Positions 20,618 through 30,273 of a stretch of 64,000 nucleotides of DNA are shown here, piece after piece (the first letter of the stretch is position 1; each line of letters starts with the position of its first letter). The position numbers and the translations under genes were made by a program. The stretch lies in sequence record PZ445446.1, one strand, 5' to 3'. The stretch is from a phage. The notes below the pieces were generated by a model. That model was not told the DNA's origin. It did not search any database and saw nothing but the letters and a program-made list of their open reading frames with translations.

Positions 20618-20646
20618 TTGACTTTACTATAAATCTACGATATAGT
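20618..20646 (+). promoter_or_regulatory. sigma70-type promoter TTGACT-N17-TATAGT
   Basis: In divergent intergenic region before the first rightward gene. Confidence 0.55.
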
Positions 20647-20686
20647 GCACCCATTCGAAAGAAAACGAACACAGGAGCACTTAATC

Positions 20687-21586
20687 ATGGCAAATCTTAA
20701 CAGCTTTAGCACTCGGTGGAAACAAGATATCACAACCAATCTCTCAGCAGGTGATATCCTTTCTGCAATTTACGAGGCTTTGGATGATAAAGCTACTTCA
20801 AAATCGGTTTGTACCAACCCGCTAATTCCTATAGTAATGAAGGTTATTGAGCGTAGGCTGGTATCCGGATCTGATAAGTGGACATATCTGGATAATGGAG
20901 GCCACACTTACTCCAACGGCTATGTCGATATAAAAGTAGAATATGCGGTATCATATCGCCGGAGCGGCTCTGTAACTTTCAACTTTTCTGGAGGTTTCCG
21001 ATCTCTGGCAACTTCACCTTTTGTTTCCTCAGAGGAGAGGTTTGAACTTCCGTTCCTTTGGATGATGGCTAACGCGACAGGCAAAACCCCTGTAAGCATT
21101 CGCGTAAAATACAACTACAACGGATCTAGTAAGATCTATGCCGAGAGTGTCTCAGCAAGTTTTTATTTTGTGATGGGGGATGGAATCCTCAAACATATAA
21201 AGATGTGTGATATGCATGATGTTATAAATGAAGTGACTGATAAGAATGTTCTGGTGAAGGATCTCAACAATTTTTATACACCGGGAGACTATTACGTCAA
21301 CCGTCCACTGTGCATCTTTAATGCTGCACACCCTTTAGGTGAGTATTTGATTGCCAATAGTGATATTGCCAATAACCGCTTCGAGGTAGCAAGAGTACAG
21401 AATGAGGTATTGACATCTTGCAAGAGTGGTGATAAGTTCACCGAAGAAGAGATGGGCGTTTTAGAAATGATGGGATATAAGTGTAGCCTTTGGGTAGATG
21501 AGGTGTTTAATGACGGCATCTATGGACAGGATATTTACCCGTTAAAGAAGTATACTGATTCCAGTTTAATTTACGCGGAGATTTGA
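20687..21586 (+). CDS. hypothetical protein
   Basis: ATG with AGGAG RBS downstream of TTGACT-N17-TATAGT promoter; track ORF extends upstream to GTG 20645 but that overlaps the -10. Confidence 0.5.
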   Translation: MANLNSFSTRWKQDITTNLSAGDILSAIYEALDDKATSKSVCTNPLIPIVMKVIERRLVSGSDKWTYLDNGGHTYSNGYVDIKVEYAVSYRRSGSVTFNFSGGFRSLATSPFVSSEERFELPFLWMMANATGKTPVSIRVKYNYNGSSKIYAESVSASFYFVMGDGILKHIKMCDMHDVINEVTDKNVLVKDLNNFYTPGDYYVNRPLCIFNAAHPLGEYLIANSDIANNRFEVARVQNEVLTSCKSGDKFTEEEMGVLEMMGYKCSLWVDEVFNDGIYGQDIYPLKKYTDSSLIYAEI

Positions 21587-21861
21587 CTATGATGAAGGCA
21601 TGTGGTAATGTATATTACGTCGGTGAACATGTTCAGGCAGACAGTGTGTGGAAATCTATTAAGTCCACCACTGACGATGCCTTTCTGAGTGGACTATGTT
21701 TCCCCAACCCTGGAGACATCCTCCCTCACCCTGGAGATTTTGTTGTTAACAAGATGGACGGTTATACCGTGTGCCTGATGGTTGAAAAAATCTTTTTAGA
21801 CACTAGACACAATCACCGTCTTGTGTTAAAATTTCAAGAATGTAAAATGACAATTGCCTAA
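21583..21861 (+). CDS. hypothetical protein
   Basis: 92-aa ORF, ATGA stop/start overlap. Confidence 0.4.
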   Translation: MTMMKACGNVYYVGEHVQADSVWKSIKSTTDDAFLSGLCFPNPGDILPHPGDFVVNKMDGYTVCLMVEKIFLDTRHNHRLVLKFQECKMTIA

Positions 21862-21874
21862 GGAGGCCTTACCG

Positions 21875-22231
21875 ATGTCTAAAGTTACTTATCGTGCAGC
21901 TATTTACTGCAATGAACACCCAATCAATAATGATGGTCACTGTCTTTTTAAAGAAAATCAGTTGGGCTGTATTGTCCTCCCTGATGAAGGGAAAGGTTAT
22001 CTGATTGCATTGACAGGGTTTGAGCCTGAAGCTTTGGAAGCCAATCTGGACTACCTGGTAGAAGAGGGTGCTGCAGACCTGGTTGCCAATGGCCTCTCCA
22101 TAAACCTTGACGAAGTGGAGCGCTTCATGGGCAATTACCGTGTAGTGCGTGAGTTCACTATCGAGGTGGAAACTCCAGAGTGGGGTAGCTCTGAAACTAA
22201 TGCCGAAGAAAAAGAAGAGGAGGTAGAATAA
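21875..22231 (+). CDS. hypothetical protein, acidic C-terminus
   Basis: Internal ATG with AAGGAGG RBS chosen over track start 21854; ends EEKEEEVE. Confidence 0.45.
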   Translation: MSKVTYRAAIYCNEHPINNDGHCLFKENQLGCIVLPDEGKGYLIALTGFEPEALEANLDYLVEEGAADLVANGLSINLDEVERFMGNYRVVREFTIEVETPEWGSSETNAEEKEEEVE

Positions 22232-22488
22232 TGAAAGTGCAGATCTTGACCAATGCCGAGAAGATGTTTATTGAAGATACACCTTTTGAAGCTGGTGAGC
22301 TACAGTTCATTTATTTTGTTGACTTAGATAAGGTGTTCCCTGCACTGAATATGGGTCTGGATGAAGTTCCTCATAAGGTTTTGTGCCAAGTTGTTCGTGC
22401 CTTAGCGGCAGATGGGGAGTTCCACACTCTTGAAGATATCCAGACCTACGGGTATCTTGAACTACAACGAGAAGAAGAGGTGGACTGA
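22231..22488 (+). CDS. hypothetical acidic protein
   Basis: 85-aa ORF, stop/start overlap. Confidence 0.45.
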   Translation: MKVQILTNAEKMFIEDTPFEAGELQFIYFVDLDKVFPALNMGLDEVPHKVLCQVVRALAADGEFHTLEDIQTYGYLELQREEEVD

Positions 22489-22490
22489 TA

Positions 22491-22871
22491 ATGGCCCGGT
22501 GGAAGACAACAGTTGACCTGCATGATCAGTGGTTAGGACGCATCACTGAAGACGGGAAGCTAGTGGAGTGGGACAATAAGCATGTTAGCGAGTTGGCAAG
22601 TATTGTGGCTGGTAAGTTACGCTCCAAGTTCCCTGAACAACTGGATCCTGATAGTTCAAAGTTCGATCCTGAGTTGGAGGATGTTGTATACTACTTCGAT
22701 ACCGTGGATGACTACGATGCGTGGTTTGCAGCACGGGAGCTTTACCCACAAGGCTCTGCTATGCGCCAGATGGAAGAAGATTATCCTCCGTGTGAGCAAT
22801 TCAATAGTGCAATGACTTGCCTCTATGATTGGGCAGATAAGAACCTTGTCTGGATTCGGACTGCATTCTAG
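22491..22871 (+). CDS. hypothetical protein
   Basis: 126-aa ORF. Confidence 0.45.
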   Translation: MARWKTTVDLHDQWLGRITEDGKLVEWDNKHVSELASIVAGKLRSKFPEQLDPDSSKFDPELEDVVYYFDTVDDYDAWFAARELYPQGSAMRQMEEDYPPCEQFNSAMTCLYDWADKNLVWIRTAF

Positions 22872-22915
22872 TGGGCAGGAATGGCGGCAAGGATGCTGCT
22901 TAAGGAGTAGTAGAG

Positions 22916-23185
22916 ATGTTATACCAGCAATATGAACTTCGTGCAGAAAAAGAGTTAAATTTTGACAAAGATATTCACAGATATTATTATGGGAAAGTTA
23001 GAGGGCAAGCAAGAAAGTGTACTCCAACACTCTTTTATGCCAGCAGACGACTAGCGCCAGAAGAGGCAACAGCAGAAAGGGTTGCGTTCAACTGGAAAGT
23101 CACGTATAATATTGACAGATCCGATGTGATATCTGTTTTGGAAAACTTTGAAAACACTTACACACAAGTAGAGGACTTTTACTAA
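22916..23185 (+). CDS. hypothetical protein
   Basis: 89-aa ORF. Confidence 0.4.
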   Translation: MLYQQYELRAEKELNFDKDIHRYYYGKVRGQARKCTPTLFYASRRLAPEEATAERVAFNWKVTYNIDRSDVISVLENFENTYTQVEDFY

Positions 23186-24369
23186 TGTCAAGAAACGTAT
23201 TCGAAAGTGGTCAAATCACTGTCCGTGAGTTGCCAGCTATTATTCAGTTTGCCCAACGTCATAGCCGATCTGTCCTAATTTTGGGACCAATGGGTGTGGG
23301 TAAAAGCCAGGTGATGAAGCAGATCGCTGATAATATGTTCGGTGAGCGAGATGACAACCTTGTTGACGTGCGACTGTCAGATAAAGATCCTGCCGACTTA
23401 TCTGGGCTACCTATCCCTGTAGAAGCGGATGGAACTACACGTACAGTGTTTGCAATTCCAGAATTTTGGCCTGCGGATCCTGACTGGAGCGGAATTATCT
23501 TTCTGGATGAGCTCACTCATGCAGATAACTACCTGCAAAAGGTTGCAATGCAAATTATGCTTGACCACAAGTGCGGCACCTATGCATTCCCTAAGGGTTC
23601 TGTTTTTGTGGCTGCGGGTAACCGTTCTACAGATGGTGCGGTTCTTTCGGCGCTCGAAGCCCCTCTGGCTAACCGTTTTATCATTGTAGAAGTTACAAGC
23701 AATGCAGAGGTGTTTATTGAGGACTACGCATTCCTCAATGGGGTGCACTCCTCTGTAATTGGGTATCTGAAAAGAGTTCCATCAGCTATCGATAATTATG
23801 AGGCTATGGCTGAGATTAATTGTCCATCTTTTGCCACACCGCGATCTTGGGTTGCTGCATCTGACATCTTGCACGATTTTGACAGCGGTATTATTTCTGA
23901 CGCTATGGCCCGTGTTCTTCTGCAAGGTGCTATTGGTCACACTGCAGCGGTAGAGATCTGGACCTACCACACCAAGAAACGCAACTTACCGGAAATCGGT
24001 CGGATTATGGCAGGGGGTTGCAAAGAATACATAGGTCCTAAACAGCCAGACATCTTGTGGATTCTTGGGTCTGAAGGTTGTATCGCTATTCGTAATATGA
24101 TGGAAAATGCAAGTATCTCCGACGAAGATCTTGTTAGCTGTGTAGCAAACTTCCTCGATTTCCTTTGGGAAAATTTCAAGGACGAGAACCGAGATTTTGT
24201 ATTCTCAGTCTTTATGGCGATGATGAAACCTAATGCCTTAGGAAATGCCTTGCTTATCGGTAAAGGGCGTGACAAGATCGTTGCTCAACTGATCAAAGCG
24301 TACCCAAACCTGATGAAGATTGTAAAAGAGTTTGGTGAAGAGTTTAGCGCCATTTTAGCTAAAGCTTAA
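23185..24369 (+). CDS. AAA+ ATPase (MoxR/CobS-like)
   Basis: 394 aa; Walker A LILGPMGVGKSQ, Walker B IIFLDELTHAD. Confidence 0.65.
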   Translation: MSRNVFESGQITVRELPAIIQFAQRHSRSVLILGPMGVGKSQVMKQIADNMFGERDDNLVDVRLSDKDPADLSGLPIPVEADGTTRTVFAIPEFWPADPDWSGIIFLDELTHADNYLQKVAMQIMLDHKCGTYAFPKGSVFVAAGNRSTDGAVLSALEAPLANRFIIVEVTSNAEVFIEDYAFLNGVHSSVIGYLKRVPSAIDNYEAMAEINCPSFATPRSWVAASDILHDFDSGIISDAMARVLLQGAIGHTAAVEIWTYHTKKRNLPEIGRIMAGGCKEYIGPKQPDILWILGSEGCIAIRNMMENASISDEDLVSCVANFLDFLWENFKDENRDFVFSVFMAMMKPNALGNALLIGKGRDKIVAQLIKAYPNLMKIVKEFGEEFSAILAKA

Positions 24370-24378
24370 GGGGGTTGT

Positions 24379-24759
24379 ATGGCTAAAGTAGGTAAGCGGG
24401 GAAATTACCGGGTGGTATTGACCGAGGAGCCGGAGAAGGAGTACGAATGCAGCTCCACTTGCGTGATTGATATCCGAGAAAAAGGTGTAGATGAAATCTG
24501 GTTTAAAATATTGGACGCTTGCGATAGCAGTGATTATTTCTTCATCTATGTCAACGATAAGGCTGGGTTCTTCCATGACGACGGAGAGTTGCCGTATGAA
24601 ATCTATGAACTTGTAGAGGCTTGCCATCGTGGAGATGCGGAGTTGTTTGGCTTACGGCTGAAAAGCGGTAAATTCTTCTATCAAGATGAGTGCATGAATC
24701 TTCATAACTTTGTAGAGGGAACTTGCAACGATGGAGAGATTTTGGCACACTACGATTAA
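24379..24759 (+). CDS. hypothetical protein
   Basis: 126-aa ORF followed by hairpin terminator. Confidence 0.45.
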   Translation: MAKVGKRGNYRVVLTEEPEKEYECSSTCVIDIREKGVDEIWFKILDACDSSDYFFIYVNDKAGFFHDDGELPYEIYELVEACHRGDAELFGLRLKSGKFFYQDECMNLHNFVEGTCNDGEILAHYD

Positions 24760-24771
24760 TTTCTAAGACCT

Positions 24772-24795
24772 CCCCCGCTTCGGCGGGGATTTTCT
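24772..24795 (+). terminator. intrinsic terminator (UUCG tetraloop)
   Basis: CCCCGC-ttcg-GCGGGG then ATTTT after stop 24759. Confidence 0.55.
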
Positions 24796-24808
24796 ATTTG
24801 GAGTCATT

Positions 24809-25309
24809 GTGAAAATTAAGATCTTTGCTATTATTTTGAGCGCACTTTTATCGCTACCTGTTGTTGCAGCACCAAAACAAAAAGTATATCATACTTGCAA
24901 GCCATCAGATACTAAGGAAAACATTCTGGCATGCAATATCTACAGGGAAGCTAGAGGAGATGGCACGATGGGTATGCTGGCATCTGGGTTTGCCACACTA
25001 AACAGGAAATCCCACCCTAAATACCCAGACACTATAAGAAAGATTGTCTACCAACCTAACCAGTTTTCGTGGACAAACCACGGCAAAACTTTTAAGGTGA
25101 CAGAAAAAGATTCATGGGATCACGCTAAAAGTCTTGCAAAGATGCTTCTAAAGGTCTATAATAACAACCATGTTGCATACATGGCTATGGATATAACAGG
25201 TGGAGCAACACACTACCATACAACCAAAGTACGACCGAAGTGGGCAAAAAAGATGCAGAGGACAGCTCAATTCGGGAGTCATATCTACTACAAGGAGCGC
25301 AATAAATGA
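24809..25309 (+). CDS. secreted cell-wall hydrolase (SleB/CwlJ-like), candidate endolysin
   Basis: GTG start after GGAG; N-terminal signal peptide (MKIKIFAIILSALLSLPVVAA); NIYREARGDG…TLNR…QPNQFSWTN resembles Hydrolase_2 family. Confidence 0.55.
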   Translation: MKIKIFAIILSALLSLPVVAAPKQKVYHTCKPSDTKENILACNIYREARGDGTMGMLASGFATLNRKSHPKYPDTIRKIVYQPNQFSWTNHGKTFKVTEKDSWDHAKSLAKMLLKVYNNNHVAYMAMDITGGATHYHTTKVRPKWAKKMQRTAQFGSHIYYKERNK

Positions 25310-27288
25310 TTGTAAACAGTAATGAAACTAAAGCGGTACTGACCGGGAATATGGAGGTCACCAGGGGCTCAATTTCTCTGAACAAAGAGACTTTTGGGCT
25401 AATCATTAAAGGGATTTACGAAGACAAGGTGCTGGCAAGCTGCCGTGAACCAATCTTCAATGCCGTGGACTCTCATGTTGAGTCTGGACGGGGTGATGTA
25501 CCGATCATCATTCACTCTCCTACAGACCTTGAACCATACTTCTTTGTGCAGGACGTTGGATTGGGCATGTCAGAAGAGATGGTCCGCAACACTTTCATGA
25601 ACCTCGGGGAGTCAACCAAGCGCAACAGCAACGCTCTGGTAGGTAATAAAGGTGTTGGTTCAAAGGCTCCGTTCAGCATGGTGGACACTTTCGATGTTAT
25701 CAGTGTGCACAATGGTGTTGAAAGCACATATCTATTGTTCTTGGATCAGGGTATCCCAAACGTTACCAAGATCCGTGAGCGGAAGACTGAAGAGCACAAC
25801 GGGGTAAAAGTTCAGTTCCATGTTAAGAAAGAGCATGTCCTGAAATATCGCACTGCTATTGCATCGTGCTTACGCTATGCGAAGTTTCCGTTCATCGTCA
25901 CCGATCCTATGACCAGTAAGATGTTAGAAGGTGACAAGGTTGAGGCACAGTATCATTACGAGAAGGATGGCTGGAAAATGACCATCCTGAAAGGTTATAC
26001 CAGTTCTGATGAGAGCCGTGTTGTGATGGGTCACCAACCTTACCGCTCCAAGTTCCTGGAGACATTGACCGATTACCCTGCAATCTGCGTGGAAATTCCT
26101 ATTGGGGATTGCAATATTAACCCTGGGCGTGAATGGACCATAGAGGGCCATGACGACGGTGGATTCCAGGATCGCCTGGAGGCCTTTGTCAAAGAAGGTA
26201 TACGTCTTCGCGGGGCAGAAGTTGTTGCAGAACTGGAGACGGCAAAAACCTCCGCAGAAGCACGTGAAATGATGAAGAATAGTGGAGTGTTCGGACACAT
26301 CTTCGGCAAAAACTTTATGTGGAACCGTTGGGAAGAAACAGGGCTTGGCGACTTAGGCGATTGTGAAATTTTCGCTGGCGGCTTAAATAAAGGCCGCATA
26401 GGCTATGCTCGTTACGGAAAGTCGGAGTTCTTACGAGGTGTATACCTTGTATTTAACGACGGAGACGGCAAATATAACCGGAATAAGTGTAACTACTTAA
26501 GCGAGATCACCGGACGCAACGTTTTCTATTGCCGGAACACGGATCTGGTGAAAGAGTTTAAAGAGGCGGCACACCATCCGTTCTTTGCAGATACGGTCAA
26601 ATTGTTATCGGAGCTTCCACGCCGACCTGCGAAGAAAGGTGAAACCAAAACTCGTTACGAGCCAGGCTACTGGGTTAAGAAGCTTAGAGAGGATGGCTAC
26701 TTCCATCGTGAGCGCCTCACGAAGGCAGAGTTCAAGAAGATTAAGCATTGCATCCCTTATGAGGGGGATATCCAACGGGGAAGCTGCTGGCTGGGCCAGA
26801 TGAGTAACATCTACCAGCAAAATTATGACCGTGTGCGTGCTGCACTCCAGATTCCTGAAGGTGAAGATCTGTACCTGGTATCAGAATCTCGTCTGCTTTG
26901 GACTGATCCTGATTGCCAGTATGTTACAGAGAAGAATGTGGAACATTTGTTGAAAGAGGATGCTTGGAAATTCTTACTGACTCGCGCAGCAAATGAAACT
27001 TCATATGACAGCCTGTATAGACAATTAGGGAAAATTATCCCCATGCAGGATTTTGGAAATTATCGGCCACATTTCCACAAGTGGGAAGGTAACACCGCGT
27101 GGAAGCACAGTGAGCTAAATCATCGTGCCAAAATCTTAATCGCCAACCGGGTTAAGTGCGGGAAGGCCTATATTGCAAGATTGGAAAAGAAATATCCACT
27201 TTTGAAGCATGTGGGCTTGAAATATTGGGACACTCCTGCTATGATTGAATACCGTGAACTGATTGATACAAAGAATAACATCAAATAA
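25306..27288 (+). CDS. GHKL-type ATPase, rIIA-like
   Basis: 660 aa; N-box EPIFNAVDS, G1 DVGLGM, G2 GNKGVGSKAPF of HATPase_c fold at N-terminus, as in phage rIIA. Confidence 0.5.
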   Translation: MIVNSNETKAVLTGNMEVTRGSISLNKETFGLIIKGIYEDKVLASCREPIFNAVDSHVESGRGDVPIIIHSPTDLEPYFFVQDVGLGMSEEMVRNTFMNLGESTKRNSNALVGNKGVGSKAPFSMVDTFDVISVHNGVESTYLLFLDQGIPNVTKIRERKTEEHNGVKVQFHVKKEHVLKYRTAIASCLRYAKFPFIVTDPMTSKMLEGDKVEAQYHYEKDGWKMTILKGYTSSDESRVVMGHQPYRSKFLETLTDYPAICVEIPIGDCNINPGREWTIEGHDDGGFQDRLEAFVKEGIRLRGAEVVAELETAKTSAEAREMMKNSGVFGHIFGKNFMWNRWEETGLGDLGDCEIFAGGLNKGRIGYARYGKSEFLRGVYLVFNDGDGKYNRNKCNYLSEITGRNVFYCRNTDLVKEFKEAAHHPFFADTVKLLSELPRRPAKKGETKTRYEPGYWVKKLREDGYFHRERLTKAEFKKIKHCIPYEGDIQRGSCWLGQMSNIYQQNYDRVRAALQIPEGEDLYLVSESRLLWTDPDCQYVTEKNVEHLLKEDAWKFLLTRAANETSYDSLYRQLGKIIPMQDFGNYRPHFHKWEGNTAWKHSELNHRAKILIANRVKCGKAYIARLEKKYPLLKHVGLKYWDTPAMIEYRELIDTKNNIK

Positions 27289-27298
27289 GGAGACCAAG

Positions 27299-28504
27299 AT
27301 GATTTTCATTTACGAACACTTCAAAACTCGTAAAGAAGCACGTGACCGCCGTGCAGAACTTGAGAAGAAGGGTTTCACATGTGCCATTGAGAAAGGTGAC
27401 ACAACCTGGACACTGGCAGTGGGTGCCCCAGAGTTGTTCGATCCTGACCGTGACAGCGTCTGCTACACCCGTGAGGATTTTGAAACCCGTGAAGAGGCCC
27501 GTTTATTTCGATATGGGCTGGAAGATAACGGTAAGTACGCCATGATCTTAGACTTGGGCGAAGGTTCCGTTAAACGTTGGGGCGTGGTATACCCACTGTG
27601 TGTTGTTCACGGTGTGGGGTTCACTGGGGTGGCAATCAAGTCAGAAGGACCTTTAGTAGAAGTCAAAGATCCGGTGCTGGAGGTGGTGAGCAGTGTGTCT
27701 CAGCAACAGACTCGAAGCATCGAGCCTTTAGTAGTTATTTGTGGAGAACTCCTCCAGATCACCTGCAACGAAGGTATTTTTGAAATTCGCCGCAGTGAAA
27801 GTGAGGAAGTTTACCAGAAAGTCTTCGACCATATCTCTGTTCAGGAATATGACGAGGCAATTGGTGAAATCCTTGTCTGGTTGGAACGCAAGAATGAGTT
27901 CACCACACTTGCAGACAACCTGATCATGAAGGATGGTAAGCTCTACTACTACGGTGTAGAGATGCGATCCACCATTGCAAAGAAAATTGAGAAAGATTAT
28001 GCAGACGGAACACTGGATGACCGCTATGTGAAATTCCTAGTTCGCCTGCTACGCAATCCTTCTGCAAAATCTGTAAACATGCTCTACGATTTTATGCAGG
28101 CCAACGATATCCAGATTGCAGAAGATGGTCGAATCATTTGCTACAAAGGGGTTCAGTTTAACGGCAGCAAGTGGGTGGATTGGCACAGTGGTAAAGTTCC
28201 ACAATACCAGGGTGCTTTTGTATCCATGCCTCGTAACTTTGTAGAGGATGATCCGGAAGCTGCGTGCTCCTATGGCTTACACTGCGCCAGCAAAGAGTAT
28301 GCAAAGAGCTACGGCACTGTAATGACTGTTATGGTTGATCCTGCAGATGTGGTTAGTGTGCCATACCAACACAATAGCGCTAAGTGCCGTGCATGCCGCT
28401 ATGAGATTGTGGTAGCTCCGGAAGCACGCAAAGATGGAGACCCTATTGAATATGTAGTTGATCGTGACGGCAACACTATCGACATTCTTTACGAGGAGGC
28501 GTAA
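27299..28504 (+). CDS. hypothetical protein (possible rIIB-like partner)
   Basis: ATG with AAGGAGA RBS just after rIIA-like stop; rIIB assignment rests on adjacency only. Confidence 0.35.
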   Translation: MIFIYEHFKTRKEARDRRAELEKKGFTCAIEKGDTTWTLAVGAPELFDPDRDSVCYTREDFETREEARLFRYGLEDNGKYAMILDLGEGSVKRWGVVYPLCVVHGVGFTGVAIKSEGPLVEVKDPVLEVVSSVSQQQTRSIEPLVVICGELLQITCNEGIFEIRRSESEEVYQKVFDHISVQEYDEAIGEILVWLERKNEFTTLADNLIMKDGKLYYYGVEMRSTIAKKIEKDYADGTLDDRYVKFLVRLLRNPSAKSVNMLYDFMQANDIQIAEDGRIICYKGVQFNGSKWVDWHSGKVPQYQGAFVSMPRNFVEDDPEAACSYGLHCASKEYAKSYGTVMTVMVDPADVVSVPYQHNSAKCRACRYEIVVAPEARKDGDPIEYVVDRDGNTIDILYEEA

Positions 28505-29874
28505 TGGAAAAAGGGCAGTATGATGTAGGCACAGATGCTGCCCTCGTTGCAATCATGAGCGGTGAGAATGTCTTCGTTTCAGGACCCGCAGGTTGTGGGA
28601 AGACGTACCTCATCAACATGATCCAGTCAATGTATGGAGACTCTTGCATAACGGTTGCCCCGACAGGGGTTGCCGCTTTAAACGTTAATGGAGCAACAGC
28701 ACACCGAACCTTCGATCTTGCAGCAGGTGTGAGCATGGAGTCAGACTGGACTGCAATAAGGGCAAAAACAGCAAAGCCTTTGAAAAGCAAGGCATTTACC
28801 ATCCTAATTATCGATGAAATCTCTATGATCCGTGCTGATAAGTTTATAGAGATGGATAGGAAACTCCGCTTCCTTCGAAAAAATGACAAACCTTTCGGAG
28901 GCATACAGGTCATATTGTTTGGCGATTTTTACCAGGCACCTCCTGTTGTCTCTTCTATGGAGAAGGAAGCCTACTTCAACTTCTACCATACGGATCTGTG
29001 TTGCTATACCGAATCTTGGAAAGAGCTTGACCTCCACAACATAGCCCTAATAGATCAGTTCCGACAGGAGTCTATTCGATTTGCCACAATGCTCAACTGT
29101 GTTCGTGAAGGTCGCCGCATAAAAGAGGTTGTAGCAGAACTTAATGCTCGCTGTTACAAAGGTGGTGTACCAACAGATGCTCTCACAATTTGCGCCACCA
29201 ACAAACAAGCAGAGGAAGTGAACAGAAGGTTCTATGATGCCATCAACGCCCCAGAGAAGGTATACACTGGGGAAATGAAGGGTAAGTTTCCCTCCACCCT
29301 GCCAGTTGAGCAGGAGATGAAGTTGAAAATTGGCATGAAAGTTATGATAACCGCCAACGATGTTGACCCGACGCACAAAGTACCTTATTATGTTAACGGA
29401 ACACGTGCCACAATTGTTAAATTTAAGAACAAGGCGGTGGTGGTAGAGCTTGAAGATGGAACACAGGTTGACATAGAGCAGAGGTTGTGGGAGAATAACG
29501 AGTATAAGCCCTCTCAGAGATACAACATTGCAGAAAGGAAGATGGAGAAGTTTATAGAGAGGGTGGTGATTGGGTCATACAAGCAACTTCCTCTAAAATC
29601 CGGGTACGCCGTAACATCTCATAAAAGTCAAGGACTTACGCTAGATTGTTACAACCTAGACCTTGGAAAGAACGGAGCTTTCTCTCCTGGGATGACGTAT
29701 GTTGCTTTGAGTCGAGTTAAGACAATACAAGGAATAAACTTGTTGCGTCCACTAAGAGAAGTTGACATTATTGTTGACCCGCGAGTCGTAGAGTTTTACA
29801 ATACAACATTCCCTGACTTAGACAAAATTGTCAGGAAAGATTTTGAAACCAGAGCTGAAGAGGGGGACGTATGA
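28504..29874 (+). CDS. SF1B DNA helicase (Dda/RecD/Pif1-like)
   Basis: 456 aa; Walker A VSGPAGCGKTY, Walker B LIIDEISM, C-terminal AVTSHKSQGLTLD. Confidence 0.7.
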   Translation: MEKGQYDVGTDAALVAIMSGENVFVSGPAGCGKTYLINMIQSMYGDSCITVAPTGVAALNVNGATAHRTFDLAAGVSMESDWTAIRAKTAKPLKSKAFTILIIDEISMIRADKFIEMDRKLRFLRKNDKPFGGIQVILFGDFYQAPPVVSSMEKEAYFNFYHTDLCCYTESWKELDLHNIALIDQFRQESIRFATMLNCVREGRRIKEVVAELNARCYKGGVPTDALTICATNKQAEEVNRRFYDAINAPEKVYTGEMKGKFPSTLPVEQEMKLKIGMKVMITANDVDPTHKVPYYVNGTRATIVKFKNKAVVVELEDGTQVDIEQRLWENNEYKPSQRYNIAERKMEKFIERVVIGSYKQLPLKSGYAVTSHKSQGLTLDCYNLDLGKNGAFSPGMTYVALSRVKTIQGINLLRPLREVDIIVDPRVVEFYNTTFPDLDKIVRKDFETRAEEGDV

Positions 29875-30212
29875 GTTTGTGGAGAAATATAGTTAACTAC
29901 GTGTGTGGCAATCCAACTCCTGAAGAGAAGGATGTTGTGATTCACGATTTTACTAAAAGATCCCGTGAAAAAGATCTACTGTTAACAAAGGTGACTGATA
30001 AAGACCCTGCAGTAGGGGACTGGGCAGGTTTTGCGTTTACATCGGACAAATACACCTTTAACAAAGGTGACTACCTTGTTGTGGATTTTAACGAAGACAT
30101 TGAGGGTGCTGAACCTTACTATCAGACCCTTATTGTTGCAGGGTGTGTTGATCTCTCTGCAGGTATGCACAGTTTGATTCTTTTTGAGCTTGACTCTGAA
30201 GACCTCCAGTAG
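29871..30212 (+). CDS. hypothetical protein
   Basis: 113-aa ORF followed by GGGGAGG/CCTCCCC hairpin. Confidence 0.4.
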   Translation: MSLWRNIVNYVCGNPTPEEKDVVIHDFTKRSREKDLLLTKVTDKDPAVGDWAGFAFTSDKYTFNKGDYLVVDFNEDIEGAEPYYQTLIVAGCVDLSAGMHSLILFELDSEDLQ

Positions 30213-30273
30213 TAAGATGTAAGTATAAAGGGGAGGCACTCCTCCCCACAAAAACTAAGGAGAGCACCAAACG

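Noticed and set aside
30226-30246. GGGGAGG-cact-CCTCCCC hairpin after ORF 29871-30212 as a terminator
   Set aside because: Followed by A-rich rather than U-rich sequence; more likely an RNA stability or processing hairpin; not called.
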